A DNA stretch of 64,000 nucleotides. Source: an uncultured Chloroflexia bacterium. GTDB lineage: Bacteria; Chloroflexota; Limnocylindria; Limnocylindrales; CSP1-4. The position numbers and the translations under genes were made by a program. The stretch lies in contig CAVRGP010000006.1 in the NCBI GenBank assembly GCA_963720755.1, positions 32,001 to 96,000 on the forward strand, in the 5' to 3' direction. The notes under the pieces are model-generated. The model did no database searches. It was not told where the DNA came from and saw only the letters and a list, made by a program, of their open reading frames with translations. Positions 18,093 to 27,052 of this stretch are shown here, one piece after another; positions within the stretch are counted from its first letter, which is position 1; each line of letters starts with the position of its first letter.

Positions 18093-20450
18093 TCAGTGCA
18101 ATGTGTATGTGAACCAGGTCCGTTGCCTGCCGCCATACTTGTCGTAGCCCTTGACCCGGAACCTGACCGGACCGGCCGACCCGCCCGACTTGAGCCGGAT
18201 CGTGACCTTGTAGGTGTACTTGCCCGTCTTCGTCGTGGCGGCGCTCCAGTGCGACACGCCGGGTTGGTACACGAACAGGCGCGGGTTCCTGGACAGGACC
18301 TCGGCCGAGGTGATGGCGATGCTGACCGTCTGGCCACGGGCGGGCGTCGCATCACTCAGGGTCAAACGGAACGCGTCGAGGTCGAAGGCGACGGCCTGGG
18401 TCGCGGTCAGCGTCCCGTCCGTAGCGACGGCCTGTACCGTGTAGTGGCCCCGCGGCAGCATGGTCCCGTCCGCGGCACGACCATCGAACGTCCAGGTCTG
18501 GCGTCCGGCCGGCAACGGGGTGGCGTCGAACCGGGTCGCAACGGTCGCGCCGGTCGCGTCCAGGATGGCCCAGCTGACCGTCATCGGACGCTGGAGCACG
18601 AGCGAGAGGCTTGTCTTCCTGGCGAGGCGATCGAGGTCCTGCGGGAAGAACATCGTCCGACTCGATGCCACGGACCGAAGTGCGGCGACGAGCTCAACGG
18701 TCCGGGCGACCGTCGGGCCGGTGTTGCCGGCGAGATCCTGGGAGGCCGCGTTGATCGTGTAGACGCCATCCGGCGCATAGCCCCCGGCCGTCGTTCGCCC
18801 GTCCCAGGTCAGCGCGACCGGGCTCGATCCATAGCCCACCGTCCACTTGTCGACGACCGCACCGCCGGCATCCCGGACCTTGACGGCAACGCCGCCCGGC
18901 TCCGGGTCCGTGGCGACCACGGCGACCGTATCGCGGAAGCCGTCACCGTTGGGCGAGAACCATTGGGTCGTGGATGCGCCGGGGGTGAGGCTCGTCGTGG
19001 TCGGCGGCGTCGTATCCACCTTCACGTTCCTGGTGGCCTCCGCCGGTCCGTTGCCCCATGCATCGACGCCCGTGACATGGACCTGATACGTCCCGTCCGC
19101 CACGGGTGCGCCGGCGACCAGGCCGTCCCAGGCCACATCGACGGCAGACCCTTGGCCGGTCTGCTCGAACAGGATGCCGTGATCGTCGGTCACCTGGAGT
19201 GTCCAGGCCACGCTCTCCGTGAATTGGGCGCGGATCTGGGCGGTGTCGACCTGCCCGTCGCCATTGGGCGAGAACGGGCCCCCCGAATCGAGGGATCGGA
19301 TGATCGGCGCCGTGCTGTCCCGCGGCGTCAGATCGCTGGCCGCGATGAACCCAGTGATCGATGGGTCATCGATCCCCTGGACCTGGACCAGCGTTGCAGC
19401 CTCGCCGCTCGTCTGGACGGCCGTATCGACGACGCGCAGGCGCGTCCCGGCCGGCAGCGTCCCGTCCGGCACGTTGTCGCCGGCCTCGGTGAACAGGGCA
19501 GCTCCGCCTGCGGCCACATCGGCGTTGCCGGGAACCTGCAGGGTCGACGGATCGCTGCCGGTATCGCCGATCCCGCCGAGGATCACGTCGTCCGTCGTCA
19601 CACCCGTCGAGGTGATAGCCAGGGATCGGTAGTAGCCGGTGGTGGCAGTGTTCGGGTCCTGGAAGACGGTCGCGCCGGGCGTCCGGCTCGAGGCGAAACT
19701 CCTGACGTGGCCGTTCTGGTCGGGCATGGTCCGCCACATGTCTTCCAGCGTCTGGTGGGTCGTGAACAACGCCTGCAGGTACGGCTCCGCGCCGGTGTGC
19801 CCATCGGCGATGACGGCCGCGGCGCCGGCCTTCAGGAACCCGGCCGCGTAGTTGTCGGCGCGCTGGCGGGCGACCGAGGCGCTCGGTTCGGCGTTGCCCG
19901 GTTCGGAGTTACCGGATGCGTAGCAGAGGTGATGGAGCAGGATGACGGCGCCCGGCGCGAGGTCGAGCTTGGCGACGTACGGTTCCCCGTAGTACTTGTT
20001 GTTGTAATCCCCGTTACCCGCTGTCGCATTGAGCCCGAAGCCGTCCTTGGTCGTGTAGTTCGGGTCGTAGGTGTAGGGGCTCGGCCAGCCGTTCCCGTGA
20101 CCCATGTAGATCACCACCGAAGCGCCGACCACGGCCGCCTTCACCTTCGCCCATGTCGCGTTCGGGCTGTAGACCTTGGTGACGTCGGAGGTGTACTTGA
20201 TCGCCTCGGCGTAGGCCCGGTCCGCGTCCGCGCGGTAGGACGCCGTCGCGCTGTGCGTGGCGCCGACGATGATGACGACCTTCGGCTCGCCGGATGGGGA
20301 GACGGCCGCCGAGGCCGCCGGCACGGCGATGCCGAGCGTGACGATCAACGTGATGGCGAGGGCGACGGCTGATCTTCGCAACACGGACTCCGAGACTGGC
20401 GGGGCGAGAGATGGCCTCACCAGAGTCGCGGGGTGGGCGGAGCGCCTCAA
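18093..20450 (-). CDS. Secreted protein: putative clan-CD (caspase/gingipain-like) peptidase domain, SH3b-like domain, FlgD-type Ig repeats
   Basis: VVIYMGHG and LLHHLCYASG motifs; LPAGTRLRV..TGFIAASDL; FSPNGDG..WDG repeats. Start uncertain. Confidence 0.75.
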   Translation of the reverse strand: MRRSAHPATLVRPSLAPPVSESVLRRSAVALAITLIVTLGIAVPAASAAVSPSGEPKVVIIVGATHSATASYRADADRAYAEAIKYTSDVTKVYSPNATWAKVKAAVVGASVVIYMGHGNGWPSPYTYDPNYTTKDGFGLNATAGNGDYNNKYYGEPYVAKLDLAPGAVILLHHLCYASGNSEPGNAEPSASVARQRADNYAAGFLKAGAAAVIADGHTGAEPYLQALFTTHQTLEDMWRTMPDQNGHVRSFASSRTPGATVFQDPNTATTGYYRSLAITSTGVTTDDVILGGIGDTGSDPSTLQVPGNADVAAGGAALFTEAGDNVPDGTLPAGTRLRVVDTAVQTSGEAATLVQVQGIDDPSITGFIAASDLTPRDSTAPIIRSLDSGGPFSPNGDGQVDTAQIRAQFTESVAWTLQVTDDHGILFEQTGQGSAVDVAWDGLVAGAPVADGTYQVHVTGVDAWGNGPAEATRNVKVDTTPPTTTSLTPGASTTQWFSPNGDGFRDTVAVVATDPEPGGVAVKVRDAGGAVVDKWTVGYGSSPVALTWDGRTTAGGYAPDGVYTINAASQDLAGNTGPTVARTVELVAALRSVASSRTMFFPQDLDRLARKTSLSLVLQRPMTVSWAILDATGATVATRFDATPLPAGRQTWTFDGRAADGTMLPRGHYTVQAVATDGTLTATQAVAFDLDAFRLTLSDATPARGQTVSIAITSAEVLSRNPRLFVYQPGVSHWSAATTKTGKYTYKVTIRLKSGGSAGPVRFRVKGYDKYGGRQRTWFTYTLH

Positions 20451-20527
20451 TCGCGGGATGGTCCGGGGACCCCTAGCCCCTTCGGGCCGACCGGAGTGCG
20501 GAGCCGGGGAGAGCGGTGCGGTCCGGG

Positions 20528-21085
20528 TCAGACGGCCCCGTCGCGCAGGCGCACCGCGAGCTCGGCGAGTGATGGGTTCGCAGCGTCACGCGGCGACAGG
20601 ATCGGCCGTCCGTGCGGGGTCCAGGAGAGGTTCGGCCATGGGACGCCGACGGCCGGATCGTCCCACGCGAACCCCAGCTCATCCGAGCCGTCGTACTCGT
20701 TCGTGACGAAGTAGATCAGCTGGAGCGGATCCAGGGCGAGGAACCCGTGGGCGACGCCGGTCGGGATGATGACCCACTCGTCGGCGACGAGCTCCCGGAC
20801 CTCTACGACGGCGGCGCCGGTCCCATCGACCAGCGGCCGAGTATCCACGAGCGCCACGAACGCCCGGCCGTCAGCCACGACCCACAGATCATCCTGGTGC
20901 CGATGCAGGTGGAGACCACGGAGGACACCAGCGGCGGAGGTCGACAGGTTGGCCTGCACGAACCGCCGGTCCGGCAGGTCGCTGGCGCGCCAGAGCTCGC
21001 GGAAGGACCCGCGTTGATCGCCATACCGCTCGATCGCTCCGTAGGCGACCCCGGGGAGCGCGGATGGTGGACGGCTGGCGGTCAT
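20528..21085 (-). CDS. rfbC: dTDP-4-dehydrorhamnose 3,5-epimerase
   Basis: DQRGSFRE, GVLRGLHLH, IPTGVAHGF, WDDPAVGVPWP. Confidence 0.92.
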   Translation of the reverse strand: MTASRPPSALPGVAYGAIERYGDQRGSFRELWRASDLPDRRFVQANLSTSAAGVLRGLHLHRHQDDLWVVADGRAFVALVDTRPLVDGTGAAVVEVRELVADEWVIIPTGVAHGFLALDPLQLIYFVTNEYDGSDELGFAWDDPAVGVPWPNLSWTPHGRPILSPRDAANPSLAELAVRLRDGAV

Positions 21086-21987
21086 GCCCGACTCCTCGCG
21101 GCTCGCAGGAAGGACGGAGCGTAATCGGCCATCGCCGCCCTCCAGGGTCGCATCTGCTCCCCCCAGGGGAGCGGGGTCGGGGCCAGGACCCCCCAGCGCG
21201 GCGGGCGCGACGGGCGCTGCCAGGTCGCCGACGGCACGTCCGTCGCGTCGATCTCGAGTCCCGCCCGAGCCAGGACGTCGCGGCCCCACTCCGCCCGCGT
21301 CGCGACCCCGCTGTTGACCAGGTGATGGATCCCGGCGACGGCATCCTCGGCCAGCAGGCCGACGATCGCCTCGGCGACATCGGCGACGTACGTCGGGGTT
21401 CCCCATTCATCGTCGACCAGCCGGAGCGCCTCCCCGGCCTGCCGCGCCCGGATCGCCGCCTCGAGGATCCGGGACGGGTAGTCGCTGCCGGGTCGCCCGA
21501 ACAGCCAGGCCGTCCGGGCGATGCCCAGCGCTGCACCGGGCCGGATCGAGAACGCCTCCTCGGCCAGCCGCTCGCCTTCCGCCTTCGAGCGCCCATACGG
21601 GTTCGCGGGCGATCGTGCGTCATCCCAGGCGTATGGCTGCCCGTCGATCCGGGCACCATCGAACACCTCGTTCGTCGAGACGGCGAGCAGGTCGATCCCG
21701 CGCTCGGCGCAGGCGGCCGCGAGGACCCCGGTCGCTTTCCCATTACGGCGAATCGCGAGGTCCGGATCGAGCGCGCACCCGTCGACGTCGGTCCAGGCCG
21801 CTGCGTGGACGACCACTTCCGGGCGCTCCCGGTCGAGGCTCTCGCCGACGCGATCCGGGGCGTCGAGGTCGAACGCGTCGCGGGTCCACCCGATCGGCCC
21901 GGCCGGACCCGTGAACGGCGCGTCCTCCAGGGCTTCGACGAGCGCCCGGCCGAGACGCCCTCCGGCTCCGGTGACGGCGACCCGCAC
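21082..21987 (-). CDS. rfbD: dTDP-4-dehydrorhamnose reductase
   Basis: VTGAGGRLG, HAAAWTDVD, STNEVFDG, YGRSKAEGE, GTPT. Confidence 0.93.
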   Translation of the reverse strand: MRVAVTGAGGRLGRALVEALEDAPFTGPAGPIGWTRDAFDLDAPDRVGESLDRERPEVVVHAAAWTDVDGCALDPDLAIRRNGKATGVLAAACAERGIDLLAVSTNEVFDGARIDGQPYAWDDARSPANPYGRSKAEGERLAEEAFSIRPGAALGIARTAWLFGRPGSDYPSRILEAAIRARQAGEALRLVDDEWGTPTYVADVAEAIVGLLAEDAVAGIHHLVNSGVATRAEWGRDVLARAGLEIDATDVPSATWQRPSRPPRWGVLAPTPLPWGEQMRPWRAAMADYAPSFLRAARSRA

Positions 21988-21995
21988 TGGTCCGC

Positions 21996-23102
21996 CTACC
22001 CGATCCGACCGGACGGTTCCGGCGCATCGGGCGCCGTCGCCTGACCAGTGGCGAGGCGCTGGCCGTACTGGCGCGAATACCAATCGTCCCAGTCGCCCGA
22101 CCGGGCGGCGCGCCACCAGGCTTCGTTCTCCCGATACCAGTCCACCGTGGCCGTCAGGCCGTCGTCGAACGATGTCGTCGGACGCCAGCCGAGTGCTTCG
22201 AGCTTCCGGCCGTCCATCGCATAGCGCCGGTCATGCCCGGGCCGGTCATCGACCTGCCGGACCAGCGACCACGGCTTGTGGAGCCTGGCCAGCAACAGCG
22301 TGACCACGTCCCGATTCGTCCGCTCCGATGCGCCGGCCACGTTGTACGTCTCGCCGCCCAGGCCCCGTCGCAGGACCAGATCGATCGCGGCGGCATGGTC
22401 GGAAACGTATAGCCACTCGCGCCGCTGGAGACCGTCGCCGTAGAGCGGCAGTGGCCGATCGTCGATCGCGTTGGTGATGAACAGCGGGATGAGCTTCTCC
22501 GGATGATGGTACGGCCCGTAGGTGTTCGAGCCTCGGGTGACGACGGCATCGACACCGTGGGTGATCACGTAGCTCCGGACGAGCAACTCACCGGCCGCCT
22601 TGGCCGCGGCATAGGGCGACCGAGGTGCAAGCGGCGCCTGTTCATCGGCCCGTCCCTCGTCGACCGAGCCGTACACCTCGTCCGTCGAGACTTGCAGGAA
22701 CCGGGGGTGGGCTGGTGCGGTGCGGCATGCCTCGAGCAGGACGTGGACACCGATGACGCCCGTCGTCAGGAAGGCCGCCGGGTCGAGGATCGACCGATCC
22801 ACGTGCAATTCCGCGGCGAAGTTGAGGACGGCGTCCACACCCTGGACGAGTGGGTCGACGACGGTCGGATCGGCGATATCGCCGCGGACGAACGTCAGCC
22901 GGGCCGCCATCTCCGGGTCGTCCCGGACGGGCGCGAGGTTGGCCTCGTTGCCGGCGTAGGTCAGCTTGTCGAGGACGGTGATCCGAGTGCCATCGCGACG
23001 GCCCAGGACGTCGCGGACATAGGCGGATCCGATGAACCCGGCGCCACCGGTGACGAGGAGGCGGTCGAGCCGCTGGGGGGCGGCAGCCACAGGATCAGCC
23101 AC
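21996..23102 (-). CDS. rfbB: dTDP-glucose 4,6-dehydratase
   Basis: LVTGGAGFIGS, DKLTYAGN, STDEVYG, SPYAAAK, PEKLIP, DRPGHDRRY. Start 23102 or 23090. Confidence 0.95.
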   Translation of the reverse strand: MADPVAAAPQRLDRLLVTGGAGFIGSAYVRDVLGRRDGTRITVLDKLTYAGNEANLAPVRDDPEMAARLTFVRGDIADPTVVDPLVQGVDAVLNFAAELHVDRSILDPAAFLTTGVIGVHVLLEACRTAPAHPRFLQVSTDEVYGSVDEGRADEQAPLAPRSPYAAAKAAGELLVRSYVITHGVDAVVTRGSNTYGPYHHPEKLIPLFITNAIDDRPLPLYGDGLQRREWLYVSDHAAAIDLVLRRGLGGETYNVAGASERTNRDVVTLLLARLHKPWSLVRQVDDRPGHDRRYAMDGRKLEALGWRPTTSFDDGLTATVDWYRENEAWWRAARSGDWDDWYSRQYGQRLATGQATAPDAPEPSGRIG

Positions 23103-23856
23103 GGGAGCGATTGACCGGTGGGTCGAGGGTGCCCGCGGCGTCGTCGGCAGCCGCCAGCTCCGCGGCTCGAAGCAGCGACGGCACCGTCCCGGCATCGGTC
23201 CAATGGCCGTCATAGATCGGGCTGAACAGCCGGCCATCCGGGATGTAGTGGTTGAGCACGTCGGTGATCTCGAATTCACCCCGGCCCGATGGCAGCAGCT
23301 CGCCGATGACGTCGAAGGCGTCCGGGCGCAGGAAGTAGACCCCGATCGGGATGAGATCGCTCTTGGGATGCGCGGGCTTCTCCTCGAACCCGATCACCCG
23401 CCCATCGGCGTCGAGCTCGGCAACCCCGAACCGCTCCGGATCCGGGACTCGATGGAGGAGCGTGCCGGCTCCGTACGGACCTCGCTCGAACTCGGCGGCG
23501 ACGGAGGCCAGGTCCGGCCCACGCAGGATGTTGTCGCCGAGCACGCAGCAGAACGCATCGTCGCCGACGAAGGCGCGCGCCAGTCCGATCGCATGGGCGA
23601 TCCCGAGCGCACCCGGCTGATATCGATAGGTCAGTTCGATCCCGAAGGCCGATCCGTCACCGAGCAACTCGACCACGTCGCCGACGCTCTTGCCGCCGAC
23701 GATGACCATGACCTCGCGGATCCCCATCCCTGCCAACGTCTCGATCGGGTAGTAGATCATCGGCCGGTCATAGATCGGCAGCAGGTGCTTGTTGGTGACG
23801 ATCGTGAGGGGGTAGAGGCGGGTCGCGGTCCCGCCGGCTAGAACGATGCCTTTCAT
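23095..23856 (-). CDS. rfbA: Glucose-1-phosphate thymidylyltransferase
   Basis: MKGIVLAGGTATRLYPLT, NKHLLPIYDRPMIYYP, EEKP, SGRGEFEITD, WTDAGT. Confidence 0.94.
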   Translation of the reverse strand: MKGIVLAGGTATRLYPLTIVTNKHLLPIYDRPMIYYPIETLAGMGIREVMVIVGGKSVGDVVELLGDGSAFGIELTYRYQPGALGIAHAIGLARAFVGDDAFCCVLGDNILRGPDLASVAAEFERGPYGAGTLLHRVPDPERFGVAELDADGRVIGFEEKPAHPKSDLIPIGVYFLRPDAFDVIGELLPSGRGEFEITDVLNHYIPDGRLFSPIYDGHWTDAGTVPSLLRAAELAAADDAAGTLDPPVNRSRG

Positions 23857-23911
23857 CAGGCGGAAGCGTACCAGTCGAGGTCGGGGGCGATCCTCCCGGT
23901 CAACGGTGGGC

Positions 23912-24868
23912 TCAGGGAGCAGCGCTGGCGCCGGGGGACGCGGGAACCAGACACGGTTGCTCGCCCTGGGGCAGGACCCCACCGGACCCGCAATCGACCG
24001 GTTGGTCCTCGATCGGGGGCAGACCGCCGACGTAGTCGGTGATCACCAGCACATACTCGAGGTTGTCGAGATCGGCAGCCGGTTGCAGGTAGGCGGTCTG
24101 GACGACATCGTTGGCGTCACTCCGAACATCCACGACCTGCCCGATCAGGAGACCCTTCGGGTACGGCGATCGGAGCCCACCGCCAAGTTCGATCCCGGCA
24201 GTCACGACCTCATCCCCGAGCGTGACGGTCTGGCCCGCATCGATCTGGCGCATCAGGAGGACCCCGCCCAGTTCTCCGACGACCTCCCCGGTCGCGGCAT
24301 TCGCGACCAGCTGGCCGACCACCGTCGATTCGCTGTCGGTCAGGAGGACGACCTTGGCGCTGTCGGGCCCGACTTCGACGACGCGACCGGCCAGCGCACC
24401 CCCGGATGTGATCGTCACGTCCCCGACCGCGACCCCGTCATTGGTCCCGCGATCCAGGACGACCAGTCGCCGGAATTCGGACGACTCCCGGGCGATGACT
24501 GTCGCCGTCGCGGTCTGGAAGTCCAGCCCGGCCCGGAGCTGCAGGAGTGCGGTGAGCGATTCGTTCTCGCGACGGATCTCCTTGGCCTGCGCGTTCTCGG
24601 ACTTGAGCCGTTCGTTCTCGGCCCGCAACGCGTTGTTGTCGGTCCGAAGGCGATCGATCTCCGTGATCGCGGCCGCGATCGACGAGACGCCCCGGGCGAC
24701 ATCTTCGAGCGAGGACTGGATCGGCCTGAATGCGAAGCTCATGCCGTTCTGCATCTCGCGGACCGCTGGGTTCGACGAGAACGCCATCAGCATGGCGCTG
24801 ACCACGAGGAGGATGGTGAATGCCAGCCACCGCCGGCGGGCGGCCCGAGTGGCGAGAAGAGGATCCAT
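23912..24868 (-). CDS. mreC: Rod shape-determining protein MreC
   Basis: TM helix, coiled coil (LRAENERLK), LDRGTNDGV, GDEVVTAG, YPKGLLIGQV; follows mreB. Confidence 0.93.
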   Translation of the reverse strand: MDPLLATRAARRRWLAFTILLVVSAMLMAFSSNPAVREMQNGMSFAFRPIQSSLEDVARGVSSIAAAITEIDRLRTDNNALRAENERLKSENAQAKEIRRENESLTALLQLRAGLDFQTATATVIARESSEFRRLVVLDRGTNDGVAVGDVTITSGGALAGRVVEVGPDSAKVVLLTDSESTVVGQLVANAATGEVVGELGGVLLMRQIDAGQTVTLGDEVVTAGIELGGGLRSPYPKGLLIGQVVDVRSDANDVVQTAYLQPAADLDNLEYVLVITDYVGGLPPIEDQPVDCGSGGVLPQGEQPCLVPASPGASAAP

Positions 24869-24888
24869 GCTCGTCCGGCCCGGTTCGC

Positions 24889-25941
24889 TCAGCGCGGCGG
24901 GCGGGAATACGTCTCGGAAACGAGGACGCGGCCCATCCGGTCGAGGTCCTGGAGGACGACGCCCGTCCCCCGGGCGACGCAGGTCAACGGGTCGTCCGCG
25001 ATGTGGACGGGCATCTGGGTCGCCTCGGCCACGCGGCGATCCAGCCCGGCCAGCAACGCGCCGCCGCCGGCCAGCACGATGCCCTGATCCATGATGTCGG
25101 CCACCAGCTCGGGCGGGGTCTCCTCGATCGTGTCCTTGACCGTATCGACGATCTGCTGGACCGAGGGCTCGATGGCTTCGCGGATCTGGTCGGCGCCGAC
25201 CTCCACCGAGCGCGGCAGACCGGTCAACAGGTCTCGGCCACGCAGGGCGACTCGCTGCGCATCCCATTCGCCGGGGTAGGCGGAGCCGATGGCGATCTTG
25301 ATGTCCTCCGCCGTCCGCTCACCCAGGAAGAGGTTGTACTCGCGCCGGGCGAAGGTGACGATGTCCTGGTCCATCTCATCGCCGCCGATCCGGATGCTCC
25401 GACTGACGACGATACCGCCAAGGCTGATGACGGCGACCTCGGTCGTCCCACCGCCGATATCCACGATCAGCGATCCCGACGGTTCGCTGACCGGGAGGCC
25501 GGCACCGATCGCGGCCGCCATCGGCTCCTCGATGAGGCCGGCCCAGCGGGCCCCGGCATTGAGCGCGGCGTCGCGAACGGCGCGCTTCTCGACCTCGGTC
25601 ACGCCGGACGGGATCCCGAGCAGCATCCGGGGCCGGGCGATCGTGCCCACTCGGTCGTGGACCTTGTCGACGAAGTACTTGATCATCTGCTCGGTCACGT
25701 CGAAGTCGCTGATGACGCCGTCGCGCAATGGACGGACCGCGATGATGTTGGCGGGAGTCCGACCGACCATCCGCTTCGCCTCAGCCCCGACGGCCAGGAC
25801 CCGCTTCGTCTTGGCATCGATCGCCACGACCGAAGGCTCACTCATGACGATGCCGCGGTCGCGGACGTGGACGAGGGTATTGGCGGTGCCAAGGTCGATG
25901 CCGATGTCGCGGGAGAAGAGGCCGAGGATCCGGTCGAGCAT
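24889..25941 (-). CDS. mreB: Rod shape-determining protein MreB
   Basis: DIGIDLGTANTLV, RPLRDGVISDF, EEPMAAAIGAG, VDIGGGTTEVA, ETPPELVADI. Confidence 0.98.
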   Translation of the reverse strand: MLDRILGLFSRDIGIDLGTANTLVHVRDRGIVMSEPSVVAIDAKTKRVLAVGAEAKRMVGRTPANIIAVRPLRDGVISDFDVTEQMIKYFVDKVHDRVGTIARPRMLLGIPSGVTEVEKRAVRDAALNAGARWAGLIEEPMAAAIGAGLPVSEPSGSLIVDIGGGTTEVAVISLGGIVVSRSIRIGGDEMDQDIVTFARREYNLFLGERTAEDIKIAIGSAYPGEWDAQRVALRGRDLLTGLPRSVEVGADQIREAIEPSVQQIVDTVKDTIEETPPELVADIMDQGIVLAGGGALLAGLDRRVAEATQMPVHIADDPLTCVARGTGVVLQDLDRMGRVLVSETYSRPPR

Positions 25942-26069
25942 GAGAGGGGCGGGTCCTTCGTCGTCGGGTGGAGGGTGACTTCATCGCTGGCGCTGGCGAC
26001 CGACGCGGGCGACGCCGATGTCAGGGCGGTTCGCGCGGATCCAGGCGGGCTCGGGCGGGCAGCCGGGGC

Positions 26070-26075
26070 AGTATA
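26070..26075 (-). promoter_or_regulatory. Candidate -10 element (TATACT) for mreBC
   Basis: Near-consensus hexamer in the GC-rich radC-mreB intergenic region. Confidence 0.5.
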
Positions 26076-26139
26076 CCCGGTCGCCCCGGTTCGGCCGGGC
26101 GGGTCGATCGACAGGTCGATTGACTCCGCGGACGGCCGC

Positions 26140-26907
26140 TCAGGTCCGTCGGTCGGCGGCCCGATCCGGCGGACCCGGCCGGTCGAAGGCGACACCACGG
26201 TCGCGCAGCGAGACGTAGGCATCGTGCCCGATGACGAGGTGGTCCAACACCTGGATGTCGAGGAGCCGGCCCGCCGCGAGCGCCTCGGCCGTGAGGTGCA
26301 GGTCATCCGGTGAAGGGGTGGGGTCACCGGAGGGATGGTTGTGGACGAGGATCAGGCCGGCGGCATTCGATCGGACGGCATCGCGGAACAACTCCCCCAC
26401 CCTGACCAGGGCAGCCGATACGTTGCCCTGGTAGACAGTCACCACTTTGAGGACGGTGTTCTTGGTCGTGAGCAGGACCACCCGCAGTTCCTCCCGCTCG
26501 AGGCGACCCATCTGGAGGATCAGCCGGTCAGCGACATCGTGCGGGCCCCGGATGGTCCACCGCCCGGTCGGCCAATCGGCCAGAAGCCGCCGACCAAGCT
26601 CGAATGAAGCCGTCAGCTGTGCCGCCTTGGCGGTCCCGACGCCGGGCAGGTCGACAAGTTCCAGGTCGCTGGCTCGTGCCAGCCCGGCCAGGCCATCGTG
26701 GCGAGTCAAGGCCTCCTCCGCCAGGTCCACGGCCCCGGTTCCTCGCGCGCCCGAGCCCCAGACCAGTGCGATCAGCTCCGCCGTGGTCAGTCCAGCGGCG
26801 CCGCGAGCGGCGAGTCGCTCGCGTGGACGCTCCTCGGCTGGGATCTCCCGGATGACCCGAGGTCCACGGCGCAGGGCGGTCTTCACCCTGCGTTCGATCT
26901 CGGCCAT
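26140..26907 (-). CDS. radC: RadC family JAB-domain protein
   Basis: ERPRERL, HhH GVGTAKA, HNHPSGDPTPSPDD, LDHLVIG; radC-mreB synteny. Confidence 0.96.
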   Translation of the reverse strand: MAEIERRVKTALRRGPRVIREIPAEERPRERLAARGAAGLTTAELIALVWGSGARGTGAVDLAEEALTRHDGLAGLARASDLELVDLPGVGTAKAAQLTASFELGRRLLADWPTGRWTIRGPHDVADRLILQMGRLEREELRVVLLTTKNTVLKVVTVYQGNVSAALVRVGELFRDAVRSNAAGLILVHNHPSGDPTPSPDDLHLTAEALAAGRLLDIQVLDHLVIGHDAYVSLRDRGVAFDRPGPPDRAADRRT

Positions 26908-26930
26908 CGGTGCCTCCACAGCGCTGCTAG

Positions 26931-26994
26931 GCGTCCCCGGGCCTGAACGACGGAAGCCCGCCGATTCCCCCCGCCGTCCAGACCTCGAGGACGC
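26931..26994 (-). ncRNA. Long hairpin in the predicted radC 5' leader
   Basis: 26-bp stem with one bulge and an 11-nt loop. All 6 arm differences are G-U pairs on the minus strand. Begins 5 nt after TAGGCT (27000-27005). Confidence 0.6.
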
Positions 26995-27014
26995 TGCGGA
27001 GCCTACCGACGGGC

Positions 27015-27033
27015 ACTCACCGGCGACTCACCG
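27015..27033 (-). promoter_or_regulatory. Tandem CGGTGAGT direct repeat (11-bp period) upstream of the radC -10 element
   Basis: ACTCACCG at 27015-27022 and 27026-27033 on the plus strand. Confidence 0.4.
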
Positions 27034-27052
27034 CCCGGTGCACCAAGGCTCA

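Noticed and set aside
22805-22813. RfbB motif reads AAELHVDRS instead of AAESHVDRS
   Set aside because: A single TCG-to-TTG change in an error-prone assembly; other catalytic motifs are intact, so it is not interpretable.
26061-26091. Inverted repeat CCGGGGC/GCCCCGG around the mreB -10 element as a terminator
   Set aside because: Short GC-only stem, long loop and no U-tract; plausible by chance at this GC content.
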